NCBI GenBank assembly: GCA_963763775.1
Contig: CAVXPZ010000003.1
Span: 224,001 to 288,000, forward strand
Length of the DNA stretch: 64,000 nt
Direction: 5' to 3'
Source of the DNA: an uncultured Chloroflexia bacterium
GTDB lineage: Bacteria > Chloroflexota > Limnocylindria > Limnocylindrales > CSP1-4
Within the stretch, counting starts at the first letter, position 1. Every line of letters begins with the position of its first letter. The notes below the pieces were generated by a model that saw only the letters and a list, made by a program, of their open reading frames with translations, was not told where the DNA came from and searched no databases. The translations under genes and the position numbers were made by a program. Of the stretch, positions 32,232 through 41,615 are shown piece after piece.

Positions 32232-33038
32232 GCGGGCGGGAACCAGCGAGACCACCGCCAGCGGTGGTACATACCTCGATGGCGCACGAATGCCGGCATC
32301 ATCGTGCGCGCCGTAGGCCGAGGCCGCGATGACGGACGTGCCGCCGCGGCGTCTCTTCGTCCGGATCCCAGCAGGGGACGACTCACCGGGGTTCGGCGAG
32401 CGGTGATCGTGATCCCGTTCTCGACACGGCGAGCCACCATGGTCCGCATCGTCGCGGACCACGGCTCGGTGGCATCGGTCCCGAAGTCGTCCGTCTGGCG
32501 GCCAGCTGGCCGTTCTACGGGAGCTGACCGCGGTCCTGGGACCTGCCGGCGTCGGGATCGAGGATCGTTCGATTTCCGCCGTGATCGACGGTATGCGACC
32601 AGACGTCGGCGTCGCTGACGCTTCGAGTCATCCTGGCGGCGGCCGGCTCCGCTCGACACGGCATTTCGACGTCCTGCGGCCGCGACGGCCGGCCGGACCT
32701 GATGCCCGCTTCGTCGCCTCGCGCCGGGTCCCGGCCGCGCGACCGCTGGCCCGGTCGCCGGCAGGATCGCCGGGCACGGCGGCCGGACCGGTGTCCGGCG
32801 GGATCGGCGCCACGGGGGGACGCCGACGGATCGCAAGCCGCAGAGACGTCAGCGACAGGCCGGTGCGTTCACCCTGGACCTGCCGCCGGGGACTAGTCGG
32901 TCCAGGCGAGTCCGGTCGAGGGCCTGATGGGATCGCCTTCCGCCGCGACGGTGGCAAGTCTCGCCGGCGCGATGACGGCGATCGACCTGGTCTACGACAC
33001 CGGCATCCGCTGACTCGGCCCGGCGCTACGATGCGCGC

Positions 33039-33855
33039 ATGAAGCTCGCCGTCGCGCTCGTCCAGCTCGATGCGAGCGGTGACGTCGACGCCAACATCGC
33101 GCGGGCGGCCGAGCTCGCCGACGAGGCGGCCGCCGGTGGCGGCGCGGCTGGTCGCCCTGCCCGAGTACCTCCAGTACCGCGGCCCCGACGACGGCTACCG
33201 GGCCTCCGCCCGGCCGATCCCCGGCGAGCACACCCAGGCGTTCGCGGCCGTGGCCAGGCGACGCGGGGCGTGGATCCTGGTGGGCAGCCTCGCCGAGACG
33301 TCCGGCGATCCGGCCCGGCCGTACAACACGAGCGTGCTCATCGGCCCGGACGGGGAGATCGCGGCGACCTATCGCAAGATCCACCTCTTCGACGTCGCGG
33401 TGGATGCCGGGCCGGTCGACACGGAGTCCGCCCGAGTCAGTCCAGGCAGCGACGTCGTCGTGGCGTCGGTCGACGGCGTCGGGGTTGGCCTCACCATCTG
33501 CTACGACCTGCGCTTCCCGGAGCTGTATCGCGCCCTCGCCCTCGCCGGCGCCGAGGTCCTGACCGTGCCCGCGAACTTCACCGAGCGGACCGGCCGAGAC
33601 CACTGGGAGGTCCTGCTCCGCGCCCGCGCGATCGAGAACGGGGCGTACGTGCTCGCCCCGTCGCAGATCAACGGTCCGCCCGGCCAGCCGGCCTTCGGAC
33701 GGGCGATGGTCATCGACCCATGGGGGACGGTGGTGGCGCAGGCGGCCGACACGGTCGCGATCGTGCGTGCCGAGTTGGACCTCGACCGCGTGGCGGCCGT
33801 CCGCCGGCAGATCCCCGTCCTCGCGAACCGTCGCCCGGACGCGTACCCCGCCTGA
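33039..33855 (+). CDS. Carbon-nitrogen hydrolase (Nit1/deaminated glutathione amidase-like); frameshift near 33135
   Basis: Catalytic triad motifs LPEY, YRKIHLFD and ICYDLRFPE; HWEVLLRARAIEN. Confidence 0.9.
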
Positions 33856-33910
33856 CCGCGTCGCGCCACAGGCGCCAGGACGCTCCCGAGCGCTGATCGC
33901 CCCGGAATCG

Positions 33911-33942
33911 AAGGACCCGGCCCCCGAAGGGACCGGGTCCTT
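33911..33942 (-). terminator. Intrinsic terminator-like hairpin between convergent genes
   Basis: Minus strand AAGGACCCGGTCCC-TTCG-GGGGCCGGGTCCTT (C(UUCG)G tetraloop); short U tract. Confidence 0.7.
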
Positions 33943-33989
33943 ACCTGTTTCCGTGGATCGCCGGCCGAGCCGGCGATCGTGGTCCCGGA

Positions 33990-34469
33990 CTAGCGCTTGC
34001 TGCGGGCCGGGGTAAGGACGACAGCGGCGAGGCCGATGACGCCGAGGACGATGAGCACGAGCGGCAGGGTGCCGTCCGGTCCGCTCGTCCCGTTCGACGA
34101 CAGCGCGTCGGTCGGCGGGAGGGTCGGCGCGGAGGTCAGGCCTTCGACTTCACCGGTCGGCGGCACCGTGGTCTCCGAGGTCGGCTCGCTCGTGGGCTCG
34201 CTGGTCGGCTCGCTCGTGGGCTCGCTGGTCGGCTCGTCGTGGGCTCGCGTCGTGGGCTCGGACGTCGGCTCCTTGGTCGGCTCCCACGTGGGCTCGCTGG
34301 TCGGCTCGGTCGGCTCCGACGTCGGGCACTGGCCCTGCTCGTTGTTCTCCGGGTTGCAGATGTCCGGCTTGGTATCCGTCCGAACGCTCGGATGGGCGGA
34401 CACGGCCGTGACCATGCCCAGGGCGAGGACAGCGGCACTCACCAACGCCGCCAACCTGCGAAGTTTCAT
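33990..34469 (-). CDS. Secreted, membrane-anchored protein with EPTS tandem repeats and an LPPTD motif before the C-terminal TM helix
   Basis: GGAG RBS, signal peptide MKLRRLAALVSAAVLALGMVTAVSA, (EPTS)n stalk, LPPTD, TM helix and basic tail RSKR. Confidence 0.8.
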   Translation of the reverse strand: MKLRRLAALVSAAVLALGMVTAVSAHPSVRTDTKPDICNPENNEQGQCPTSEPTEPTSEPTWEPTKEPTSEPTTRAHDEPTSEPTSEPTSEPTSEPTSETTVPPTGEVEGLTSAPTLPPTDALSSNGTSGPDGTLPLVLIVLGVIGLAAVVLTPARSKR

Positions 34470-34734
34470 CGTTCGATCTCCCCGATCCTCTACGCGATGC
34501 TGGGTTGGATGAAGGGCGGGTTCGCAGTGACCCATCCACTGCGGCCCGAAGATGACGTGCTGAGCATGCGGCCGGTACTAGGCTCTTGTCTAGTACGGAC
34601 GTGCTACGAGCCACGTCACGGGACCGCCCCGGACTCCACCAGACCACCGGAGCCGACCCCACCTGACGGTGCGAGCGTGCACCGACCGTCATGGGTACCT
34701 TCGGCCGCGGGGCCGGGCGGCTACCATGGCGGCC

Positions 34735-36447
34735 GTGAGCGAGCCACCGAGCCAAGCCGCCGTCCCGCCGACCATCCGGTCGGCCGTCGGGAGCGCCATC
34801 GAGCGGGCCTGGACGCGCGCCGTCGAGGCCGCCGCGCTGCCGGCGCTCGCCGACGACGCGGTCGTGCCGCCGATCGAGGTGGAACGGCCGGCGGACCCCA
34901 GCCACGGCGACCTGGCGACGAACCTCGCGATGAAGCTCGCGCGGCCGTACCGGATGGCGCCGCTGGCGATCGCGACCGCGCTCGCCGACGAGCTCACGCG
35001 TGAGGCGACGACGGCGCCCGCCGGGACGCCGATCGCGTCCGCCGAGGTCGCCGCGCCGGGATTCCTGAACCTGCGCCTCGCCGATGGCGCGCTCGAGGCA
35101 CTGGTCGACGCGGTCCTCGCGACGCCCGAGCGACTGGGGCCGGGTCGCGACGCCGTCAGGACGCGCCGTCAACGTGGAGTTCGTCTCGGCCAACCCGACC
35201 GGCCCGCTGCACATCGGGAACGCGCGAGGCGCGTTCGTCGGCGATCTGCTGTGCCGCGTGCTCGAAGCCGGCGGCCAGCGCGTGACGCGCGAGTACTACT
35301 TCAACGACTCGGGCGGCCAGATCCGCAACCTCGGGGCGTCGGTGGTGGCGCTGCATCGCGGTGAGCCGGTGCCCGAGGACGGCTACAAGGGCGACTACGT
35401 GCATGAGATCGCGGCGGCCCTCCCCGATGACACGTGGGCCGAGGCCACCGCGGACGGCGCCGACACCGTCGGGATCGTCGGCCACTGGGCCGCCCGGCGG
35501 GTCCGGGCCGGGATCCAGGCGAGCCTCGAGGCGCTCGGCGTCCATTTCGACGTCTGGACGAGTGAGGCACGCCTGCACGACGAGGGCTGGGTCGACCGAG
35601 CGGTGGAGCGGTTGCGCGAGCGCGGCCACGTCTTCGAGCAGGACGGCGCGGTCTGGTTCCGGTCCACCGACTTCGGCGACGACAAGGACCGCGTCATCTT
35701 CCGGTCGACCGGCGAGCCGACATACTTCGCCGCCGATATCGGCTACGTCACCGAGAAGTTCAGCCGCGGGTTCGACCACCTCATCTACATCTGGGGCGCC
35801 GACCACCACGGGACGGTGGCGCGCGTCCGGAACGCGGCGTCCGCGATGGGCTACGACCAGGACGCGGTCGAGATGAAGCTCTACTCGTGGGTGCGGTTCG
35901 TCCGCGACGGGCAGGAAGTCTCGATGTCGAAGCGCGCCGGCGAGTTCATCACGCTCGACGACCTGCTGACCGAGGTCGGGGTGGATGCCGCGCGCTGGTT
36001 CTTCGCGTCACGCTCCTCGACCACCGGGATCGACTTCGACATCGAGCTGGCGAAGAAGCAGTCGAACGAGAACCCGGTCTACTACGTGCAGTACGCGCAC
36101 GCGCGGATCGCGTCGATCCTGCGCAAGGCCACCGATACCGGGCTCGCGCCGGCCGGGATCGGTGGCCGGGTCGCTGGCCGGGGGTCCCGAGGGGGCCCTT
36201 GCGCGGGCGATCGTCCGGCTTCCCGGAGGTGGTCGAGGACGCGGTCAGCGGCGAGGAGACCCAGGGCATCACCGCGTACGCGACCGAGCTCGCCACGACG
36301 TTCCACGCCTTCTATCGGGATGCGCGCGTCGTCGATCCGGACGAGCCCGCGCGATCCGCGGCCCGCCTCGCGCTGGCCCGCGCGACCCAGGTCACCCTGG
36401 CCAACGCCCTGGCCCTGCTCGGGATCTCCGCCCCCGACTCGATGTAG
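34735..36447 (+). CDS. argS: Arginine--tRNA ligase; frameshifts (~35125, ~36150-36220)
   Basis: HGDLATNLA, PGFLNL, VEFVSANPTGPLHIGNARG, WGADHHG, MSKRAG, NPVYYVQYAHAR and LGISAPDSM. In-frame ATG alternative at 34726. Confidence 0.95.
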
Positions 36448-36512
36448 GGCGGGTCGGTACCGGCCGCGTCGCGGCGCCGGCCGGCCCGGGGCTGCGGCCG
36501 CCCGCGGCCGAC

Positions 36513-37847
36513 CTAGCCCGCGAGGCCGAGGACGCCGGCGACCTTCGAGAGCGTCTTGTCGTCCGACCCGACCACGACCCAGCGGGTCGTACCGCCAGTG
36601 CCGGGAACGACCTGCGCCACGCCGCCTGCGGTCTTCAGCGCGTCGGTTGCCGCGGCCTCGAACGCGGCCGCATCGGCCTTGGTGTCCCAGACCGTGTGCA
36701 TCGCGAGGGCCCATGCGCCGTCGGGGCCGTTGATGACCGCGAGGCGGTCACCGCCCCAGCCGGCCGCGGCATCGGCCGCATCGGCGGACGGGACGCCGTT
36801 GAGCTTGAGCCACTCGCCCATCTGGAACTCACCGAACGTGTCCTCGAGCGGGACACTCCACCCGGCGCCGAGATCCTTGGCGAGTGTGGCGGGGAGTTTG
36901 ACCGGGATCGGCTGCTCGTCGGCGGCGTACTTGTCGGCGTGCATGACCTGCTCGGTCGACGTCGGCATCCGGTCGTAGAGCTTGTTCACGCCGTCCCAGC
37001 CGCCGGCCATCTGGGCCTGCTGGACGAACAGCGCACCCGTCGAATACGGGAAGAGGAGCGAGTCGCTCAGGACCTTGGGCATCTTGTCGAGGGCCGCCTG
37101 CTGCTCCGGGTCGACCGTGGAGATCGTCGCGAGTTCCTGGGGCGTGAAGTGCTGGAGCGCCCAGAGCGTCATCAGGAGCGTCGCGTCGCCTTCGAAGATC
37201 GACGTCCGCGCCGTCGTTCGGTCGCTCTGATCGAGCACCCCCTTGAACTGGTCGAAGACCGGGAAGTGCTGATCCTGCAGGGCGTGCGTGTACTCGTGGG
37301 CGTACGTGATCTTCTCGTTCGGGCCGATCTCGCCCGAGCGTGAGACCACGTACATCTTCTTCTCCTCGTCGTCGTAGAAGCCTGCGACGCCGGCCGGGCC
37401 GCTGAGGAGCTCGAGCGAGAGGGCCTTGAGGTCGGCGTCCTGCGGCAGCAGGCCGAGCGCCTTGTACAGGCGCTCGTTCGCGGCGACGTATTCGGGCTTG
37501 TTGTCCTTGTCGTACTGCGCGGTGAGCTTCGCCTTGAGCTGGTCGACGTCGATGGTTTCGCGCGCGACCTTCTTGGTCGCGTCGAGGCCGCGGATCTCGA
37601 TGACCTGGGCTTCGATCGCGTCGTAGATGGCGTTGGCGTCCTGGCTCGCGACCGGCGACGCGGCTGCCGATGCGGACGGGGCCGCGCTCTCAGAGGGCGC
37701 GGCGCTCGGGGACGGGGCCGTGGTGGAGGGGGCCGCGGAGGGACCGCTGCTCGGCGCGGGGCTCGTCGTCGAGGCGCCGCACGCGGCCACGATCAGCAGG
37801 ACGGCGAGGAGCGGCGCCGGGAACCGGCGCGTTCGGTGGTCGATCAT
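36513..37847 (-). CDS. Lipoprotein with gluzincin-like metallopeptidase motif
   Basis: Lipobox VAAC, Ser/Ala/Pro linker, AGFYD, AHEYTHALQDQHF (HExxH), EGDAT and AAAGWGGD. Confidence 0.75.
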   Translation of the reverse strand: MIDHRTRRFPAPLLAVLLIVAACGASTTSPAPSSGPSAAPSTTAPSPSAAPSESAAPSASAAASPVASQDANAIYDAIEAQVIEIRGLDATKKVARETIDVDQLKAKLTAQYDKDNKPEYVAANERLYKALGLLPQDADLKALSLELLSGPAGVAGFYDDEEKKMYVVSRSGEIGPNEKITYAHEYTHALQDQHFPVFDQFKGVLDQSDRTTARTSIFEGDATLLMTLWALQHFTPQELATISTVDPEQQAALDKMPKVLSDSLLFPYSTGALFVQQAQMAGGWDGVNKLYDRMPTSTEQVMHADKYAADEQPIPVKLPATLAKDLGAGWSVPLEDTFGEFQMGEWLKLNGVPSADAADAAAGWGGDRLAVINGPDGAWALAMHTVWDTKADAAAFEAAATDALKTAGGVAQVVPGTGGTTRWVVVGSDDKTLSKVAGVLGLAG

Positions 37848-38061
37848 CGGCGGATTGTGGCACGGGTTCCCGGATCGGCCCCTCGGACGATGGTCATGGC
37901 CCGCGACCTGGCACGACCTTGGCCCGCGACGTGGCCCGAACCGGCTCGCGACGCCGCCCGCGACGTGTCGCTTTCTTAATCGGTTGGCGACTCGATGCTG
38001 AATCAGGGCGCCGTAGCGTAGTCGGTGGACGAACCCAAAAGGTTCTTTCCTCCCTCCCTCC

Positions 38062-38101
38062 GACCGGAGGCGCCGATTGGGCAGGCGCCTCCGGTCTTTC
38101 C
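38062..38101 (+). terminator. Intrinsic terminator-like hairpin
   Basis: Perfect 13-bp stem GACCGGAGGCGCC/GGCGCCTCCGGTC, 9-nt loop, followed by TTTCC. Confidence 0.7.
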
Positions 38102-38149
38102 ATGTCCGGGCGTGAGTCGCCGTGCAGGTCGCTGTGTCAGAATCAGGGC

Positions 38150-38830
38150 ATGGAAGTCACCTGGTACGGACGGACCTGCGTCCGCCTTCGCGGTCGCGAC
38201 GCGGTCGTCGTGAACGACCCCTATCAGTCGGTCGTCGGCCCCACCGGCCGAGGCATCACCGGCGATCTCGTCACCTTCAGCCACCCCGACGACACGAAGC
38301 TCCCCAAGGCGAAGGGCAAGCTGTCCCGCGACGGGCTGACCCACCTCCCATCGAGCCTCGACGAGGCCTTCGTCCTCGACGGCCCGGGCGAGTACGAGGT
38401 CAAGGACGTGCTCGTCACCGGCGTACGCACCTATCGCGACGACTCCCGGGGCGCGGAGGGCGGCAAGCAGACGGCGTTCGTCGTCGAGCTGGACGGGATG
38501 CACACGATCCACCTCGGCGACATCGGCCACCTGCTGACCGAGGAGAAGCTCGGGGACATCGGCACGGTCGACATCGCGTGCGTCCCGCTCGGCGGCACGC
38601 TCAGCGCCACGAAGGCCGCGGCGCTCATCGCCCAGCTCGACCCACGGATCGTCGTCCCGATGCCGCTCTGCGAGGACGACGCGGACTGCGCCGAGGCGCT
38701 CGCGAAGTTCTTCCACGAGATGGGCGCCGAGCCCGTGACCCAGGCGAAGCTGTCGGTGTCGATCTCGACGCTCCCCGCGGAGACGACCACGGTCCTGCTC
38801 GAATCGCGCGGGAAGCAGGCGACGCCCTAG
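38150..38830 (+). CDS. MBL-fold metallo-hydrolase (Lactamase_B_3-like)
   Basis: MEVTWYGRTCV, VNDPY, DGPGEYEVKDV, IHLGDIGH and VVPM. The metal motif is degenerate (TFSHPDD). Confidence 0.85.
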   Translation: MEVTWYGRTCVRLRGRDAVVVNDPYQSVVGPTGRGITGDLVTFSHPDDTKLPKAKGKLSRDGLTHLPSSLDEAFVLDGPGEYEVKDVLVTGVRTYRDDSRGAEGGKQTAFVVELDGMHTIHLGDIGHLLTEEKLGDIGTVDIACVPLGGTLSATKAAALIAQLDPRIVVPMPLCEDDADCAEALAKFFHEMGAEPVTQAKLSVSISTLPAETTTVLLESRGKQATP

Positions 38831-38884
38831 CGGGTCCGGGCCGACGGCCTTCCCGCCTCAGCGGGCAGGCGGCACGCGGGCCGC

Positions 38885-39118
38885 GTTGTCTGCCAGGCAA
38901 CGAATGCACGGCGTAGGACCACCGGCCATCCCGCTGGGGACTCCTCGCGCGCTTGGAGGTGCCCGCCAGGCAACGAATGAGCCCGAACGCGGCATGATCG
39001 GGGTCATTCGGCCGGCTCGGCCGGCAGATGTTGCCTGTCAGGCAACGAGCGAGTCCGAGCGCGGCCGGATCGGGGTCGAGGCGCCGGTTCGATCGGTGAA
39101 TGCTGCCTGCCGGGCAAT
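38885..39118. repeat. Array of four 17-bp palindromes (GTTGCCTG-N-CAGGCAAC) at 72-73 bp period
   Basis: Copies start at 38885, 38958, 39030 and 39102 in the gap between convergent genes. Confidence 0.8.
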
Positions 39119-39200
39119 CGGAGCGGGCGGGGCTGGGCGGGGCGGGCGGCAGCGGGCCGGCCGGCGGAGCTTGCGGCGCGCGCCCGGCCGACGTCCGACG

Positions 39201-40568
39201 TTACCGGTCGAGGACGACCCGTCCGCGCTTGATCACGGTCCGTACGAGGTCGGCGGCGGGCCAGTAGGGGATCTGCGCGGTGGTGGGCACGCGCCAGATC
39301 ACGATGTCCGCGGCCTTGCCCGGCTCCAGCGATCCGATCTCGTCCTCGAGGAGCAACGCGCGCGCCGCATTGATCGTCACCGCGCTCAACACCTCGTCCG
39401 GGCTCATCCGCAGTCCGACGCAGGCCGCCGTCATCGCCAGCGGCAGGCTCGCCGTCGGCGAGGTCCCCGGGTTGAAGTCCGTGCCGATCGCCACGGGGAC
39501 GCCCTGCTCGATGAGGGTCCGCGCCGGCGCGTGGTGATCCTTCATCAGGAACCAGGTCGTGTGCGGCAGGAGCGTCGCCACGACGGGCCGATCGCCGGTG
39601 GCCGCCGCCGCGAGGGCCGCGATCCCGGCCGGTGACGGCGTCGCGAGATGGTCGGCCGAGGCCGCCCCGATCTCCGCGGCCAGTTCCGCGCCGCCCGACG
39701 GTGCCAGCTCGTCCGCGTGCAGCCGCGGGGCCATGCCGTAGGCCTCGGCCGCCGCGAGGACCCGCCGCGACTGGTCCGCGGTGAAGACCCCCTCCTCGCA
39801 GAAGACGTCGCAGAACCGCGCCCGGCCGTGCGCGGCGATCCCGGGCAGCTGGTCGTCGATGACGGACCGGACGTAGGCCTCGGTGCCCTCGGGCCGGCTG
39901 CGGTAGTCGAGCGGGACCGCGTGCGCGCCGAGGAACGTGGGCACGACGTCGATCGGCCCCTCGCGGCCGAGCCGGTGGGCCGCCTCGATCAGCCGGATCT
40001 CGGTCTCGAGGTCCAGCCCGTAGCCGGACTTCGCCTCGATGGTCGTCACGCCATGGCCGAGCATCTCGTCGAGCCACCGGCGGCCGTGCTCCAGCAGCTC
40101 GTCCGACGAGGCCGCCCGCGTCGCCGCGACCGTCGAGAGGATGCCGCCCCCGGCCGCGAGGATCTCGAGGTAGCTCGCCCCCTGCTGCCGAAGCACGAGC
40201 TCGCCCTCGCGCGAGCCGCCGAACAGGAGATGCGTGTGCGGGTCGACGAGACCCGGCGTGACCGAGCCGCCACGGGCGTCGATCCGGGCGAACCGCCCGA
40301 GCGGCAGGCCTTCGGCCTCGATGGCGGCCTCCACCGCCCGCCGCGGCCCCACGGCCGCGATCCGGCCCTCCCAGCACGCGACGACCGGCGCCTCGGGGGC
40401 ATCGGGGCCGCCGGCGTCCGCGGCGAGCAGCCGTCCGACATCGCCCTGGGCCGGCCCCATCCGCACCCCGCCGGCCAGCGTCGCGATCTCCGCGGCCCCG
40501 ACGATCAGGACGCCGGGCGCGGCCTCGTCGACCCGGCCACCCTCGATGACCCGGAACGGCCCGCTCAT
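39201..40568 (-). CDS. hutI: Imidazolonepropionase
   Basis: PGLVDPHTHL, GGGILSTV, EAKSGYGL, TFLGAHAVP, DVFCEEG, LHADEL and TDFNPG. Confidence 0.96.
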   Translation of the reverse strand: MSGPFRVIEGGRVDEAAPGVLIVGAAEIATLAGGVRMGPAQGDVGRLLAADAGGPDAPEAPVVACWEGRIAAVGPRRAVEAAIEAEGLPLGRFARIDARGGSVTPGLVDPHTHLLFGGSREGELVLRQQGASYLEILAAGGGILSTVAATRAASSDELLEHGRRWLDEMLGHGVTTIEAKSGYGLDLETEIRLIEAAHRLGREGPIDVVPTFLGAHAVPLDYRSRPEGTEAYVRSVIDDQLPGIAAHGRARFCDVFCEEGVFTADQSRRVLAAAEAYGMAPRLHADELAPSGGAELAAEIGAASADHLATPSPAGIAALAAAATGDRPVVATLLPHTTWFLMKDHHAPARTLIEQGVPVAIGTDFNPGTSPTASLPLAMTAACVGLRMSPDEVLSAVTINAARALLLEDEIGSLEPGKAADIVIWRVPTTAQIPYWPAADLVRTVIKRGRVVLDR

Positions 40569-40584
40569 GCGCGGGTCCGCACGG

Positions 40585-41551
40585 TCACCCGACCCGCCCG
40601 GACCGCGCGGCCTCGAGACGCAGCTCCAGCGCCTGGAGCGGGGAGAAGTCACGCAGACGGAGGAACGCCGCCGCGGCCGCGAGGCGCGACTCGATGGGGT
40701 CCTCGCGCGGAGCGCCCGCGTGGTCGGCGACCGCGAGGAACGAGGCCAGCGGCGCGAGCCCGATGAGCTCGGACTCGGCGAGCTCGACGCCGTCCTCGGC
40801 GGCCACCTCGCGGACGGTCTCCCAGACGACCCACAGCGGCGTCGTCTCGAAATCGAGCAGGTTCATCGAGACCTGGGCACGGCGGAGCTCCTCGATCCAG
40901 AAACCGTTCGCCTGGACCCTGGGCAGCCCGCCGCCGGATTCGCGGATCCGGCGGGCGATCCGCTTGGCCAGCTCGACATCCTCGGACGCCAGGTTGATGT
41001 TGTAGGCGATCAGGAACGGCCTGGCCCCGACGGCCACCGCGCCGGCCGACGGGTGCATCCGGGACGGGCCGAAGTCCGGCTCGCGGCCACTTCTGGTCGA
41101 TCTCCGCCTTGAGGCCCTCGTACTGGCCGCGGCGGACGTCGGCCAGCTTGACCCGGTCGGGGCGCGTCGCCGCGTTCGCGTACAGGAAGACCGGGAGGTC
41201 GAAGCGGGTCGCGATCCGCTCGCCGAACGCCCGGGCCATGGCGATGCAGTCGTCCATCTCGGTGGCGCCGAGCGGCACGAAGGGGATGACGTCCACCGCC
41301 CCGATCCGCGGGTGCTCGCCGGTATGCACGTCCATGTCGATCTCGTGGATCGCCGCCGCGACCAGGCGCTCGAGCGCCTCACGGACCGGCCCGTCCTCGC
41401 CGGCGATCGTGAATACCGAGCGGTTGTGGCTCGGGTCGCTCGTCCGGTCGAGCAGGTGGACCTCCGGCACCGAGGTCACCGCGTCCGCCAGGCGGTCGAC
41501 GACGTCGAGCCGCCGGCCCTCGGACACGTTCGGCACCGATTCGATGAGCAC
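40585..41551 (-). CDS. ftcD: Glutamate formiminotransferase; frameshift near 41090
   Basis: IESVPNVSEGR, HNRSVFT, HPRIGAVDVIPFVP, GARPFLIAYNINL, AQVSMNL and SELIGL. Confidence 0.93.
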
Positions 41552-41615
41552 CTGACGATGCTACGTCGCGCGCCGGCCCCCGGAGCGACCGCCACGCGCG
41601 GCTAGACTGCGCCGC

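Noticed and set aside
34180-34320. 12/24-bp tandem DNA repeats as a non-coding VNTR or array
   Set aside because: They encode the EPTS stalk of the 33990..34469 protein.
38885-39118. CRISPR array interpretation of the spaced palindromes
   Set aside because: The repeat is only 17 bp, spacers are 55-56 bp and two are mutually similar, and there is no leader or cas gene in the window.
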